64,000 nt of DNA from positions 992,001-1,056,000 of the forward strand of contig JBEKFP010000001.1 of NCBI GenBank assembly GCA_050013255.1. Reading direction: 5' to 3'. Position numbers and translations under genes: made by a program. Shown here in pieces: positions 9,619 through 19,395 of this stretch. Source of the stretch: Candidatus Bathyarchaeia archaeon (GTDB lineage: Archaea; Thermoproteota; Bathyarchaeia; 40CM-2-53-6). Every line of letters starts with the position of its first letter. The stretch's first letter is position 1. The notes beneath the pieces were generated by a model that saw only the letters and a list, made by a program, of their open reading frames with translations, made no database searches and was not told the origin of the DNA.

Positions 9619-10671
9619 ATGAGCATAAAGTGGGCGAAATCGCGTAAGGTCGCTGACGGCGTATTCCAAACGATTGGCCGGACTCCACTCGTTAAACTGC
9701 GGAGGATACCGGCCTCTGAGGTGGTCAAAGCGAACATTCTGGTTAAACTTGAGTACATGAATCCTACCGGCAGCCTCAAGGACCGTATATATTTCGAAAT
9801 GATAACGAGGGCGATTGAGCGCGGGGATTTGCGGCCTGAAATGGAGATACTGGAAGCTTCTACGGGTAATGCAGGTATCGCTTGCTCATTTGTTGGCACT
9901 ACGCTAGGTCACAAGGTAACGATCGTTATGCCTGCGGGCATGAGCCAAGAGAGGATGAAGATCATACGGGCTTACGGAGCCGAGATCATTACAACGCCAG
10001 GGGCAGAAAGCGACGTGGACTTATGTCTGAAGAAGATTGAGGAACTGAAGCAGGCAAGTCCAGGCAAATATTGGGAGCCTGGCCAGTTCAGCAACAAAGA
10101 CAATGTTGCCGCCCATTACAAAACGACTGGCCCTGAGATTTGGGAGCAGAGCGGAGGAAAAGTTGACTGTTTCCTAGCGTCGCAAGGAACTGGGGGAACT
10201 TTGACGGGTGTTGGCAAATACCTGAGAAAGAAGAAAAAGAAGGTGGCGCTTTTCGCAGTGGAACCGTCAGAAGCACCAATCCTAGCTCACCGTCAATGGG
10301 GAACTCACAAGATCGAAGGAATTGGAGACGGGTTTGTCCCGGTAAACCTCGACCTTAGCTATCTCACAGGAATAATTACAACTGGTTCCGATGAATCCAT
10401 TGAAATGGGCAGAAGGCTAGCTAGAGAAGAAGGAATCTTCTGCGGGATATCCTCAGGATGCAATGTACTTGCAGCAATAAAGGTCGCCAAGCGTCACCCT
10501 GGATACAAAACGATTGTAACGATGGTGAATGACACCGGCCAACGATACTTCTCAACCGAGCTCTGCGGCGAAAAGAAACATGTGGAAGTCCCAGAAAGAG
10601 AACATCCACTTGACGAGTATACCACTACGCAGCTGGACAGGTATCAATCGCGTTGGGAAATTGTTGAATGA
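9619..10671 (+). CDS. Cysteine synthase-like PLP enzyme (fold type II)
   Basis: IGRTPLV, NPTGSLKDR (PLP Lys), EASTGNAG, GTGGT, HKIEGIG, GISSG. Confidence 0.88.
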   Translation: MSIKWAKSRKVADGVFQTIGRTPLVKLRRIPASEVVKANILVKLEYMNPTGSLKDRIYFEMITRAIERGDLRPEMEILEASTGNAGIACSFVGTTLGHKVTIVMPAGMSQERMKIIRAYGAEIITTPGAESDVDLCLKKIEELKQASPGKYWEPGQFSNKDNVAAHYKTTGPEIWEQSGGKVDCFLASQGTGGTLTGVGKYLRKKKKKVALFAVEPSEAPILAHRQWGTHKIEGIGDGFVPVNLDLSYLTGIITTGSDESIEMGRRLAREEGIFCGISSGCNVLAAIKVAKRHPGYKTIVTMVNDTGQRYFSTELCGEKKHVEVPEREHPLDEYTTTQLDRYQSRWEIVE

Positions 10672-11918
10672 AGTCCTTCCTTAAGCTCATGAAGTGCGCT
10701 CGCTGTGGGAGGGAGTACGAACCTGGCTCTGGCGCGATCCGGTGCGCAAATCACGATGACGGCCGCTTAGATATCTTCTATGACTACGAAGCTTTGCGCG
10801 GTGCCATCAACATAGAGGCACTGTCGAGAAGGCCAAACGGAGTTTGGAAGTACAGGGAACTTTTGCCGATTAACGATCCGAAGAACATAGTCAGCCTCGG
10901 AGAAGGCGGAACCCCCTTTCTGCGGGCACATCGATTGGGCGAGAAGCTAGGCTTGGATAATCTTTGGCTGCTGGATGACACTCGCAATCCGACCGCCTCG
11001 TTCAAAGACAGACCGATGACTGTTGGCGTCTCGAAAGCTGTTGAGCTGGGCTACCGGACTGTTGTGTCAGCCTCAAGTGGTAACGCTGCTGCAGCGTTAT
11101 CGGCCTACTCAGCGAAGGCAGGGCTCCGATGCATCACCTTCGTCCCAGAGATGACGAGCATAGGAAAATTGGCCCAGCTAACGATGTACGGGGCTCACGT
11201 CGTCAAGGTTCGAGGGTTAGAATCAGGGGAGGACCCAACTGTGAGAATGCTCAAGGCTGTTTGCGACCAGAACAACTGGTACCCTTGCCCAAGCTTTGGC
11301 CCCATGAACCCGTACCAAGCAGAGGGCCCGAAGACTATGTCCTATGAGATCGTTGAAGGGCTCGGTTGGGAAGTCCCCAACTGGGTCTTCGTTCCGGTGG
11401 GCGCAGGGGGTGCACTGGCGGGAAACTGGAAAGGCTACCTCGATTTTCAAAACTTAGGTTTCATAAAATCAATGCCGAGAATGGCCGCGGTCCAATCGAC
11501 CGGTTGCGCGCCCGTAATTCGGGCCTACGAGCAAGGCGCCGACCCAAAGAACATAGTTCCGTGGGAAATGGCCGACTCCATTGCAACAGGACTCATGGAC
11601 CCATATCCTTGGGATGGCGATGCGGCTCTTGTTGCCATCCGCAACTCTCATGGCGCGGCCGTTGCAGTTTCGAACGACGAAATCCTAGAAGCACAGAGGA
11701 AGCTCGCCAAATACGAAGGAATTTTCGCTGAACCGTCCGGCGTAACATCGCTAGCCGGCGTGATCAAAGAACGTGAAAATATAGACAGGGCTGATTGTGT
11801 TGTAGTGGAGATAACGGGAAGCGGTTTGAAAGATCCGAATGTGGCAACAAGAGGAATGCCAGAGATACCTATCATTGACGCCTCAATGCAAGAATTGGAT
11901 CGTGTACTGAAACTCTAG
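10668..11918 (+). CDS. Threonine synthase-like PLP enzyme, paralog 1
   Basis: N-terminal CxxC, SLGEGGTP, NPTASFKDR, ASSGNAA, EGIFAEP, TGSGLKD. ATGA overlap with the upstream gene. Confidence 0.88.
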   Translation: MKSFLKLMKCARCGREYEPGSGAIRCANHDDGRLDIFYDYEALRGAINIEALSRRPNGVWKYRELLPINDPKNIVSLGEGGTPFLRAHRLGEKLGLDNLWLLDDTRNPTASFKDRPMTVGVSKAVELGYRTVVSASSGNAAAALSAYSAKAGLRCITFVPEMTSIGKLAQLTMYGAHVVKVRGLESGEDPTVRMLKAVCDQNNWYPCPSFGPMNPYQAEGPKTMSYEIVEGLGWEVPNWVFVPVGAGGALAGNWKGYLDFQNLGFIKSMPRMAAVQSTGCAPVIRAYEQGADPKNIVPWEMADSIATGLMDPYPWDGDAALVAIRNSHGAAVAVSNDEILEAQRKLAKYEGIFAEPSGVTSLAGVIKERENIDRADCVVVEITGSGLKDPNVATRGMPEIPIIDASMQELDRVLKL

Positions 11919-11933
11919 TTCAAGGAGGCGTCC

Positions 11934-12962
11934 TCACTTTTTCCTGCGGCCCATGGTCACTGCGAGAACGGCCATTTTGGTGTACATGCCATTCTCCGCT
12001 TGGGGATAGATAACCGACTGTGGGCCATCCATTACTTGATCGGTAGCTTCTTCTCCGCGAAGCACAGGCAGCACATGAGTCACGACAGCCTTTCTGTCCA
12101 TCCTATCAAGTAAATCCTGATTCAACGTCCAATCGCGGTACTTCTCATGTAATTCCATCTCTCTTTCCTTCCCAAACTTACTTGCCCCAACTTGAAGCAA
12201 TTCATATGACGCCCAATTTCTAGGGAAGACCGCATGGGCTCCCTCGATTGCTGATTTCAAATCGTTTGAGACTTGAAAGCTGCCACCCGCCTCTGTGGCG
12301 TTTGATTTTGCTGTTTCCACTATCTTTGGGTCAATTTCGAAGCCCGGCGGGTGGGCCAGAACAACGTCCATTCCGAAGCGGGGCATGATCAATGCCTCCT
12401 CTTGTATACTACACCTGCCACGGAAGCTCTTCGCGTACCCCCACATTATGACATACTTCTTACCCTGCACCTTACCCAATGATTCCTGAACGGTCATCAA
12501 ATCGGCAAGTCCCTGAGTCGGGTGGTAAGTACAGCATGCCATGTTAATGACGGGAATCTCCGCATGTTCTGCGTACTCTCGAACGACGGAAACACCAGCA
12601 CCGTAAACGTAATCGATTGCTGAATCTAGAATTCGAATCCCTAACCCGTGGCCATATTTCTCATACATCTTAGCCACATCCTTCGGAGCTTCCCCCGACC
12701 CGAGCCGGGTTGTTGAGACGTCGATATACTGCGCATGGCCGCCTAGGTATGTCATACCAGCTTCAAACGCAGCTCTCGTCCTGGTCGAGGGCGCATAAAA
12801 CAACATGAAAAACGTCTTATCACGAAGAAGGGGTGGGACGCGGCCGCGCCTATATTTCGCCTTCAGGTCCCGTGCCACTTTGAGCGTTGCCCTGAGTTCA
12901 TCAAGCGACCAATCTTGCGTGGTGATTAAGTCTCTACCGGCCAAATCAACTTTCGGCATCAA
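11934..12962 (-). CDS. Carbamoyltransferase (OTCase superfamily, YgeW/AOTCase-like), paralog A
   Basis: STRTR, HPTQ, WGY, RFGMDVVLAHPPGF, HVLP, QAEN. Confidence 0.88.
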   Translation of the reverse strand: MMPKVDLAGRDLITTQDWSLDELRATLKVARDLKAKYRRGRVPPLLRDKTFFMLFYAPSTRTRAAFEAGMTYLGGHAQYIDVSTTRLGSGEAPKDVAKMYEKYGHGLGIRILDSAIDYVYGAGVSVVREYAEHAEIPVINMACCTYHPTQGLADLMTVQESLGKVQGKKYVIMWGYAKSFRGRCSIQEEALIMPRFGMDVVLAHPPGFEIDPKIVETAKSNATEAGGSFQVSNDLKSAIEGAHAVFPRNWASYELLQVGASKFGKEREMELHEKYRDWTLNQDLLDRMDRKAVVTHVLPVLRGEEATDQVMDGPQSVIYPQAENGMYTKMAVLAVTMGRRKK

Positions 12963-12991
12963 AAGCTCCTCTATTTATCTCGCAGACAATC

Positions 12992-13044
12992 TTTCGGACT
13001 AGATAGAACTTTCCGAAACGGGGAAAATCATGAAAGTTCATAAA
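12992..13044. promoter_or_regulatory. Back-to-back divergent promoters with inverted repeats (TTTCGGA/TCCGAAA; GAACTTTC/GAAAGTTC)
   Basis: GAAAG+TTCATAAA on the plus strand and GAAAG+TTCTATCT on the minus strand, between carbamoyltransferase A and arcC. Confidence 0.5.
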
Positions 13045-13088
13045 TGGTAGAGCGAGAGCTTGTGCCTCTCTCGTGAGATGAAGCGAGA

Positions 13089-14042
13089 TTGACTGACAAA
13101 CTCATGGTGATCGCCCTCGGCGGAAACGCCCTTCTCCAGCGAGGACAGAAAGGTTCCTTCGATGACCAATACCGTAACGTAAAGGTTACCGTATCGAAAA
13201 TCGCGGATCTGGTCCAGCGCGGATACAAGATAGTCATGACCCATGGGAACGGCCCGCAAGTGGGTGCCACACTTCTGAGGCACGAGGCCGCTAAGAATAT
13301 CGTCCCGGCTTTTCCACTTGATGCATGCGGCGCTGAGACCCAAGGTTTCATTGGATATATGATCCAGCAGGCCCTCAGGAACGAGCTCAAATCCCGCGGA
13401 ATCGACAAGTACGTTGTTACCATAATAACGCGGGTCATTGTCGACAAGCATGATTCCGCCTTTCAGAACCCAACAAAACCAATCGGCCCTTTCTATTCGA
13501 AAGAGGAAGCAGCCAAAGTGAAAGAGCAGAAGCCTGAGTTGGTTATCAAGGAGGATGCTGGCCGCGGCTATAGACGAGTAGTGCCCTCTCCTGACCCGAA
13601 GATAATTGCGGAGCGTTCCGCCATCAGAGCCCTAGTGGATGCTGATTTCGTCGTGGTCGCTTGTGGCGGCGGTGGAATTCCAATCATTGAAGAGAACGGC
13701 CACGCCGTCGGAGTTGAGGCAGTGATCGATAAAGACCTGGGCGGCCAACGGTTAGCAACGCTAATTGGTGCAAACATATTTGTCATCCTAACTGACGTGG
13801 ACGGCGCCTACATAAACTACGGAACCTCGAAACAAGAATTGATCAAAGAAGCAACCTCAGGCATGCTGAGGAATCACCTTCGAGATGGACAGTTCAAAGA
13901 AGGGAGCATGGCGCCAAAGGTCGAGGCCGCAATCAGATTTGTTGAGAGCGGCGGGGAACGTGCAGTAATTGCGGCTCTAGGAAACTTAACCGAAGCCGTT
14001 GACGGAAAGACTGGGACACAAATCGTAATGCCAAGAGCTTAA
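13089..14042 (+). CDS. arcC: Carbamate kinase
   Basis: ALGGNALL, THGNGPQVG, PTKPIGPFY, RRVVPSPDP, GGGGIP, EAVIDKD, GSMAPK. Confidence 0.96.
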   Translation: MTDKLMVIALGGNALLQRGQKGSFDDQYRNVKVTVSKIADLVQRGYKIVMTHGNGPQVGATLLRHEAAKNIVPAFPLDACGAETQGFIGYMIQQALRNELKSRGIDKYVVTIITRVIVDKHDSAFQNPTKPIGPFYSKEEAAKVKEQKPELVIKEDAGRGYRRVVPSPDPKIIAERSAIRALVDADFVVVACGGGGIPIIEENGHAVGVEAVIDKDLGGQRLATLIGANIFVILTDVDGAYINYGTSKQELIKEATSGMLRNHLRDGQFKEGSMAPKVEAAIRFVESGGERAVIAALGNLTEAVDGKTGTQIVMPRA

Positions 14043-14083
14043 TTCAAATAAGCGCAGGCAAACAGCCCGAGAAGGTAACCAAT

Positions 14084-15154
14084 ATGGTGTCGTTTGTAGG
14101 CAAATGGAAGGGTAAGCATTTCTTAGATACAGATGATTTCTCGCAAGAACAAATTAAGGAAGTTCTAGATGCAGCCGACGTATTGAGGAAACTATTCCGT
14201 GCCCGAAAGGAGCATCACTATCTCCCTGGAAAGACCCTCTTCATGATGTTTTATAACCGCTCTCTTAGGACAAGGAATTCTTTCGAGGCGGGAATGTATC
14301 AACTCGGCGGTCACGCCCACTTTCTTAGTCCACAAGACGTTTACACCCCCGCGCTTCCCGAAGACATGGTTGCCTATCAAACTGAAGCAATTTCAGACGT
14401 TTCACGTGTCCTGAGTAGGTATGGGGACGCGATTGCAATCAGAATCTATGGCGATGCAGCGAAATGGAACATAGGCAGAGGCCACAAGGTGGTTCGGGAA
14501 TTTGCAACGTACGCGACTATTCCAGTGTTGAACATGGAGGATGATATGTATCATCCATTCCAAGCTTTGGCCGATGCTCAGGCTATGAGAAATGCTATTC
14601 CTAAACTGAAGGGAAAGAAACTCGTTGTCTCTTATGCGTACTCTGGCGGACTAAAGCCACTGGCCGTCCCGCAAAGTGAGGTTCTAATCGGAACGCAGTT
14701 AGGAATGGATGTGGTCCTCGCGCACCCGCAAGGCTTCGAACTAGAAGACGTAGTCCTTGATGCCGCGAAGAAGAATGCGGATAGGTACGGCGGTGGGTTC
14801 CATGTAGTTAATGATATGAAGGAAGCCTTCAATGGCGCTGATGTAGTGTACCCGAAGGCTTGGTCGCCGAAGAACTATTTCCCTCCGCACCGCGACTCAC
14901 TAGACAAGACCGGCGCGACCACTTACCAAGACCAGTTCAAGGACTGGATATGCACCCAGCAAATGATGGATCTGACGAAGAAGGGTAAGTACATGCATTG
15001 CGGTCCGGCAGACCGGGGACAAGAAGTTACTGACGAAGTAATTGATAACATGAGTTACTCACTATACTTCGAGCAAGCCGAGAACAGGTTGCACGCCCAA
15101 AAAGCTGTAATGGCTATGGTCATGGGGGATCGCGGCACAACACGCCGAAAGTAA
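14084..15154 (+). CDS. Carbamoyltransferase (YgeW/AOTCase-like), paralog B
   Basis: SLRTR, HPFQ, YAYSGGLKPLAVPQ, GMDVVLAHPQGF, ADVVYPKAW, YMHCGPAD, QAENR. Confidence 0.88.
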   Translation: MVSFVGKWKGKHFLDTDDFSQEQIKEVLDAADVLRKLFRARKEHHYLPGKTLFMMFYNRSLRTRNSFEAGMYQLGGHAHFLSPQDVYTPALPEDMVAYQTEAISDVSRVLSRYGDAIAIRIYGDAAKWNIGRGHKVVREFATYATIPVLNMEDDMYHPFQALADAQAMRNAIPKLKGKKLVVSYAYSGGLKPLAVPQSEVLIGTQLGMDVVLAHPQGFELEDVVLDAAKKNADRYGGGFHVVNDMKEAFNGADVVYPKAWSPKNYFPPHRDSLDKTGATTYQDQFKDWICTQQMMDLTKKGKYMHCGPADRGQEVTDEVIDNMSYSLYFEQAENRLHAQKAVMAMVMGDRGTTRRK

Positions 15155-15176
15155 GAAAGAGAATTAGTAATTACGC

Positions 15177-15707
15177 ATGCCCGTAGGGATCCGAAGAACT
15201 GGTAGCGGCATGTCCAAGGCTAGACCCAGTTCAATTGTACTCGCAAACTGGGGAAGGCGTTTCATCGCCTGGTTCATCGATTACATCATCATTAATGTGA
15301 TGCTTGCATACATCAGGTTGGAAGACCTAGAATTCCAACTTGTTCCAGCAATCCTTCTGCCACGCTTGCCGGGATTCGATATTTCCATCTGGTCGCCATT
15401 GTCCGTTATGGCCTTCTTTCTCTACTGGGCCCTTTCGGAATGGTACTTCGGAAGGTCGATTGGCCAGCTCTTACTGAATATTCGACTAGCAGACCTTCAA
15501 GGGAAAAGGCCAAGCCTGAAAGCTTCCGCGATACAGAGCGTGGGAAAGTCCCTTCTCTTGCCCGTTGATTGCTTGATTGGTTGGGTCTACTCGCCGTGCC
15601 GCGTGAATAGGCAGAGGTTCTTCAACGGGCTGTCTAATACTATTGTCATATTCATTGGGTCGCCAACGCGCACCGTGAAACAGGGCGAATATGCGAGAGA
15701 ACCGTGA
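15177..15707 (+). CDS. RDD-family membrane protein (start may be 15210)
   Basis: LANWGRRFIAWFID...GRSIGQLLLNIR...RQRFFN..SNTIV. Confidence 0.8.
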   Translation: MPVGIRRTGSGMSKARPSSIVLANWGRRFIAWFIDYIIINVMLAYIRLEDLEFQLVPAILLPRLPGFDISIWSPLSVMAFFLYWALSEWYFGRSIGQLLLNIRLADLQGKRPSLKASAIQSVGKSLLLPVDCLIGWVYSPCRVNRQRFFNGLSNTIVIFIGSPTRTVKQGEYAREP

Positions 15708-15800
15708 ATTCGAAACACGGAACCTGAACAGCAAGATTGCGTTTGGTAGGTTAAGGGTCGGGCTTATAATTCATGAATCGAAAGGATACTCGGAAGCAAG

Positions 15801-16748
15801 ATGGCAGAGTACGACATAATCATTATCGGTTCCGGCCCCGCGGGTTTGACAGCAGCAATCTATGCTGGCCGAGCACTCGTAAAGACTCTCGTTGTTGCCG
15901 GCCGCCTGTCAGGCGGACAACTCATGCTCACCAGCGGCGTGGAAAATTTCCCAGGCTTCCATGACGGAATACAAGGGCCCGAGCTAATGCAAGAGATGAA
16001 GAAACAGGCTGAACGTTTTAGCGTGCAATTGCTTGAGGATGATGCTGAATCGGTAGATTTCTCCCGTAGACCGTTCAAGGTGACCGTCGGCGGCAAGATT
16101 CACACATCGAAAGCCATCATAATAGCGACGGGGTCATCTGCCAAATGGCTGGGCTTGCTTTCTGAAGAGCGGTTACGTGGTCGCGGCATTTCAAGCTGTG
16201 CCACGTGTGACGGCTATTTCTTTAGGGGGAAGCGAGTCGTCGTTGTCGGCGGTGGAGACACAGCGGTCGAAGAAGCGCTCTTCCTAACAAAATACGCCAC
16301 TGAAGTTATTGTTGTCCATAGACGCGGTGAGCTGCGTGCCAGCAAGATTATGCAAAAACGAGCCCTATCTAACGAGAAGATAAAATTCGTTTGGGAGTCG
16401 GTAATCGACGATGTTCTTGGGAAGCAAGGCGTCGAAGGTGTAAGGCTCAAGAACGTCAAGACGGGTGAGCAATCAATCGTGCCCTGTGATGGTGTCTTTG
16501 TAGCAATTGGATTTGAACCCAACACCAAAATCTTCGGAGGGCAGGTGCGATTGGATGAGAAGGGCTATATCCTTACTCGGGAGGGGACGAGGGCTTCGGT
16601 TGACGGCGTTTTCGTCGCAGGGGACGTTCATGATTTCAAGTACCGTCAAGCCGTAACAGCGGCTGGGGAGGGGTGTAAGGCTGCTCTGGATGCCTTCGCG
16701 TACCTAGAAGAGCAGAAAGAAGTTACCTTGACGGCGAAAGAGAAGTAA
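15801..16748 (+). CDS. trxB: Thioredoxin-disulfide reductase
   Basis: GSGPAG, GGQL, CATCDG, GGGDTA, HRR, AGDV, RQAVTAAG. Confidence 0.96.
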   Translation: MAEYDIIIIGSGPAGLTAAIYAGRALVKTLVVAGRLSGGQLMLTSGVENFPGFHDGIQGPELMQEMKKQAERFSVQLLEDDAESVDFSRRPFKVTVGGKIHTSKAIIIATGSSAKWLGLLSEERLRGRGISSCATCDGYFFRGKRVVVVGGGDTAVEEALFLTKYATEVIVVHRRGELRASKIMQKRALSNEKIKFVWESVIDDVLGKQGVEGVRLKNVKTGEQSIVPCDGVFVAIGFEPNTKIFGGQVRLDEKGYILTREGTRASVDGVFVAGDVHDFKYRQAVTAAGEGCKAALDAFAYLEEQKEVTLTAKEK

Positions 16749-16761
16749 ACGAAAACCTACG

Positions 16762-18060
16762 ATGTTCCAGTTCGGAACATCTCTCGTGTCTCATAACCGG
16801 GGTGTCAAGTTGAAGGCAATAGTCCGTTGGTCGGATGGAGTCGCTTTACGCTATAACGAGACTAGGATTCTGTTCGACCCCATTGAAAGCGATCCGGTCG
16901 TGCCAGACCTTTTCATAACCCACGCACATTACGACCATTACAAGGGCTTCCAATTTCCAATTCAAACGAAGTACTCGACGAAGGAAACGCGGGAACTTTA
17001 CGAAATTGATAGCGGCCGCAAGACCGGAAATTGGCAACAGGTTCGCCTAGGCCGCCGTTTGAAGCTCGGCGAAGTTGAGGTCGAAGCGCACGATGCGGGT
17101 CATATATTGGGCGCTGTTCAGTATGAAATTATTACGCCTGAAGGTAGCATCGTCTACACTAGCCATATCAATTTCGTTGATACCCTTCTCACACACGCCG
17201 CAGAAGTGGCTCCGTGCGAGCTGCTTATTATCGAAACAACACTCGCCTCGCCCTCACGTGTTCTTGCACCACGTGAGTCTGTCGTAGCTCAAATTGTGAA
17301 GTGGGCTTTACAATGCGTTAAGGAGAGACGGATTCCTGCATTCATGACTGATAGGATTGGCAACGCTCAGGAGCTCGTGAGAATCTTCAACAACTGGACC
17401 GAGCTGCCAGTTGTAGTTCACCCCAAGATAGCTCGCGTCAACAAAGTCTATGAAAACGGTGGCGTTGCGTTGCATTACACTGACTCCTCAACCCCTCAAT
17501 CCCAAAGTTTGGTTGAGAACGCTGAGTGCATAGTGGTCGTCCCTAGAGGGTTTGACGCAACCCGTTTTGGGGATTTCAGAATCGCAAACGTTTCATGCTG
17601 GTCAAGTAAGGATGAAGACGAGGTTGGTAAAAGCTTCCAGTTGAGTGATCAAGCAGACCTCAATCAGTTATTACGATTCGTACAGGAAGCAAGGCCGAAG
17701 AACGTTCTAACCTTTCGAGGAGCGAGCAAGGTTTTTGCACAAATGGTAAACAGAAAACTCGGAATAACTGCGAACGAATTGGCGGGAAACATAACGCGTC
17801 CCAAGCTTCCTCAGCCAAAGCTAGATGAGGGCCGAATCGTGAAGTGCCAGGATATTCTCCTGAATTCTATGGATATTTTGGATTTCACATATGAGAAAGA
17901 AGACCTGCTCAACTTGGGAATGAGGCAAGGTTTCAAAGGTTCAGAAATTGAGGAAGCATTGGAACGCTTCATCAAGAGCGGGGGTCTAGAATATTCACAG
18001 TTGGTTGATGGATACAGACTCTCGTTCAGCCGGAATTCGAAACAAACCGAACGTAATTAG
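16762..18060 (+). CDS. MBL-fold/beta-CASP-like nuclease homolog with degenerate motifs and a C-terminal winged-helix-like domain (start probably 16810)
   Basis: THAHYDH, AGHILG, IETT, LSDQAD. Confidence 0.75.
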   Translation: MFQFGTSLVSHNRGVKLKAIVRWSDGVALRYNETRILFDPIESDPVVPDLFITHAHYDHYKGFQFPIQTKYSTKETRELYEIDSGRKTGNWQQVRLGRRLKLGEVEVEAHDAGHILGAVQYEIITPEGSIVYTSHINFVDTLLTHAAEVAPCELLIIETTLASPSRVLAPRESVVAQIVKWALQCVKERRIPAFMTDRIGNAQELVRIFNNWTELPVVVHPKIARVNKVYENGGVALHYTDSSTPQSQSLVENAECIVVVPRGFDATRFGDFRIANVSCWSSKDEDEVGKSFQLSDQADLNQLLRFVQEARPKNVLTFRGASKVFAQMVNRKLGITANELAGNITRPKLPQPKLDEGRIVKCQDILLNSMDILDFTYEKEDLLNLGMRQGFKGSEIEEALERFIKSGGLEYSQLVDGYRLSFSRNSKQTERN

Positions 18061-18327
18061 AGTCCGAGTCCCCTCAGTAGAAACTTATGTTGGCACATTG
18101 GACAGTAGGTAGTTTCACGAGGGATCGTCTGGCCGCAATAAGCGCACCTAATGTATAGTGATCCTAATTGCATATTTGACCAGCATGGAAACCCTGGCAT
18201 TTTTCATTTGGAGGTTTCTTTGCTATACTTGCCAACCTGCGCTTTGTTCATCGTGTAGTTAATACAAGGTCCAGGCAAAGTTACGCGCCCTTCAGAAAGC
18301 CTGAAATTCACTTCATGCAACATCTGC

Positions 18328-18807
18328 GTGTCTTCGTTGGGCCAAGTTCTGAGAGAGTCGGAATACGTCAAACGGACTCCAAAGTCTCGAGCGATGTTTG
18401 AGCGTGCTAAGAGGGTTGAGCCCGCTGGTGTTTCATACAAGAATAGATACTTCGAGCCCTACCCATTTTTCGTCAGAGAGGCTCGTGGTGCGAAACTGAT
18501 TGACCTAGATGGAAACGCATTCATGGACTACTGGTGTACGCACTTTGCAATGATTCTTGGGCACGCACATCCCACTGTCATGCAAGCCATTAGGACACAA
18601 ACAGAAAACGGGTGGCATTTTGGCCTCGCCCACGAGTTGGAAGTAACCCTCTCAGAAACTATAACGAAAAACGTTCCGAGCGCTGAACTAGTTCGATACA
18701 CGAGCTCCGGTAGCGAAGCAAACTTCTTCGCGATCCGGTTAGCGAGAACATTCACCCGAAGAGAGAAGATTGCTAAATTCGAAGGCTGTTGGCATGGGGC
18801 GTATGAT
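18328..18807 (+). pseudogene. hemL: 5' third of a glutamate-1-semialdehyde aminomutase / class III aminotransferase, truncated
   Basis: GAKLIDLDGN..DY, ILGHAHP, VRYTSSGSEA, KFEGCWHGAYD. Similarity then stops and the ORF ends at 18888 without the PLP-lysine region. Confidence 0.8.
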
Positions 18808-19143
18808 GTCGGGCACACCCTTCGAATTGTACACCTACAATACTGTCAGAAAACGATATCCTGCGGTTGCGGGATGGGAAATCTATGAACAGTATACAAT
18901 CCCTGATGGCTCAAGGGTAGATTTCAGCGTAATAGGAGAGGGGACCTAGAGACGCTGGTCGTTGAAGCAAAAGACAAGGAAACCCTACTCCCGACCGACA
19001 TAGACCAAGTTCTTCACTACTCAAAGGTTTGCGGAACAAACAATGGAATCATCTACGTAGCAAACGATACAGATTTCTCTTCTGTTCAAGACTACGCTAG
19101 TGAACTCGGAGTCCAGATAATTAGAACTCAATGGCGTGCTTGA
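18806..19143 (+). pseudogene. Frameshifted PD-(D/E)xK (Mrr-like) endonuclease
   Basis: Frame 1 from ATG 18806: MSGTPFELYTY...GWEIYEQ...DGSRVDF. After a shift near 18925: ETLVVEAKDK...DIDQVLHY...GIIY...YASELGVQII, stop 19141-19143. Confidence 0.65.
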
Positions 19144-19395
19144 ATGACAGGGTCCAGAACCAGTAGATTCTAGAGGGAAGGAGAATCGTAAGCTGAGATG
19201 AGGAGGAATTAATTGTCAGTCAGAATCGAGGCGGCCAAGGAAGCTACAAAGACCGAAGCAGCGATTAGCTATGAGTTATAGAGAACATGCGTCAACGCTG
19301 TTCAGGCAGACGATGTCAGTGGACGATTCCTTGCAGGATTCTTTAGAGAAACTGGCCTTGAGGAAGAGTTCGGACAGCCGCATCCGAACGGTAAG

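Noticed and set aside
11934-15154. Standard arginine deiminase pathway or arginine biosynthesis (argF)
   Set aside because: No arcA/arcD or arg genes nearby, and both transcarbamylases lack the SMG loop and the canonical HCLP.
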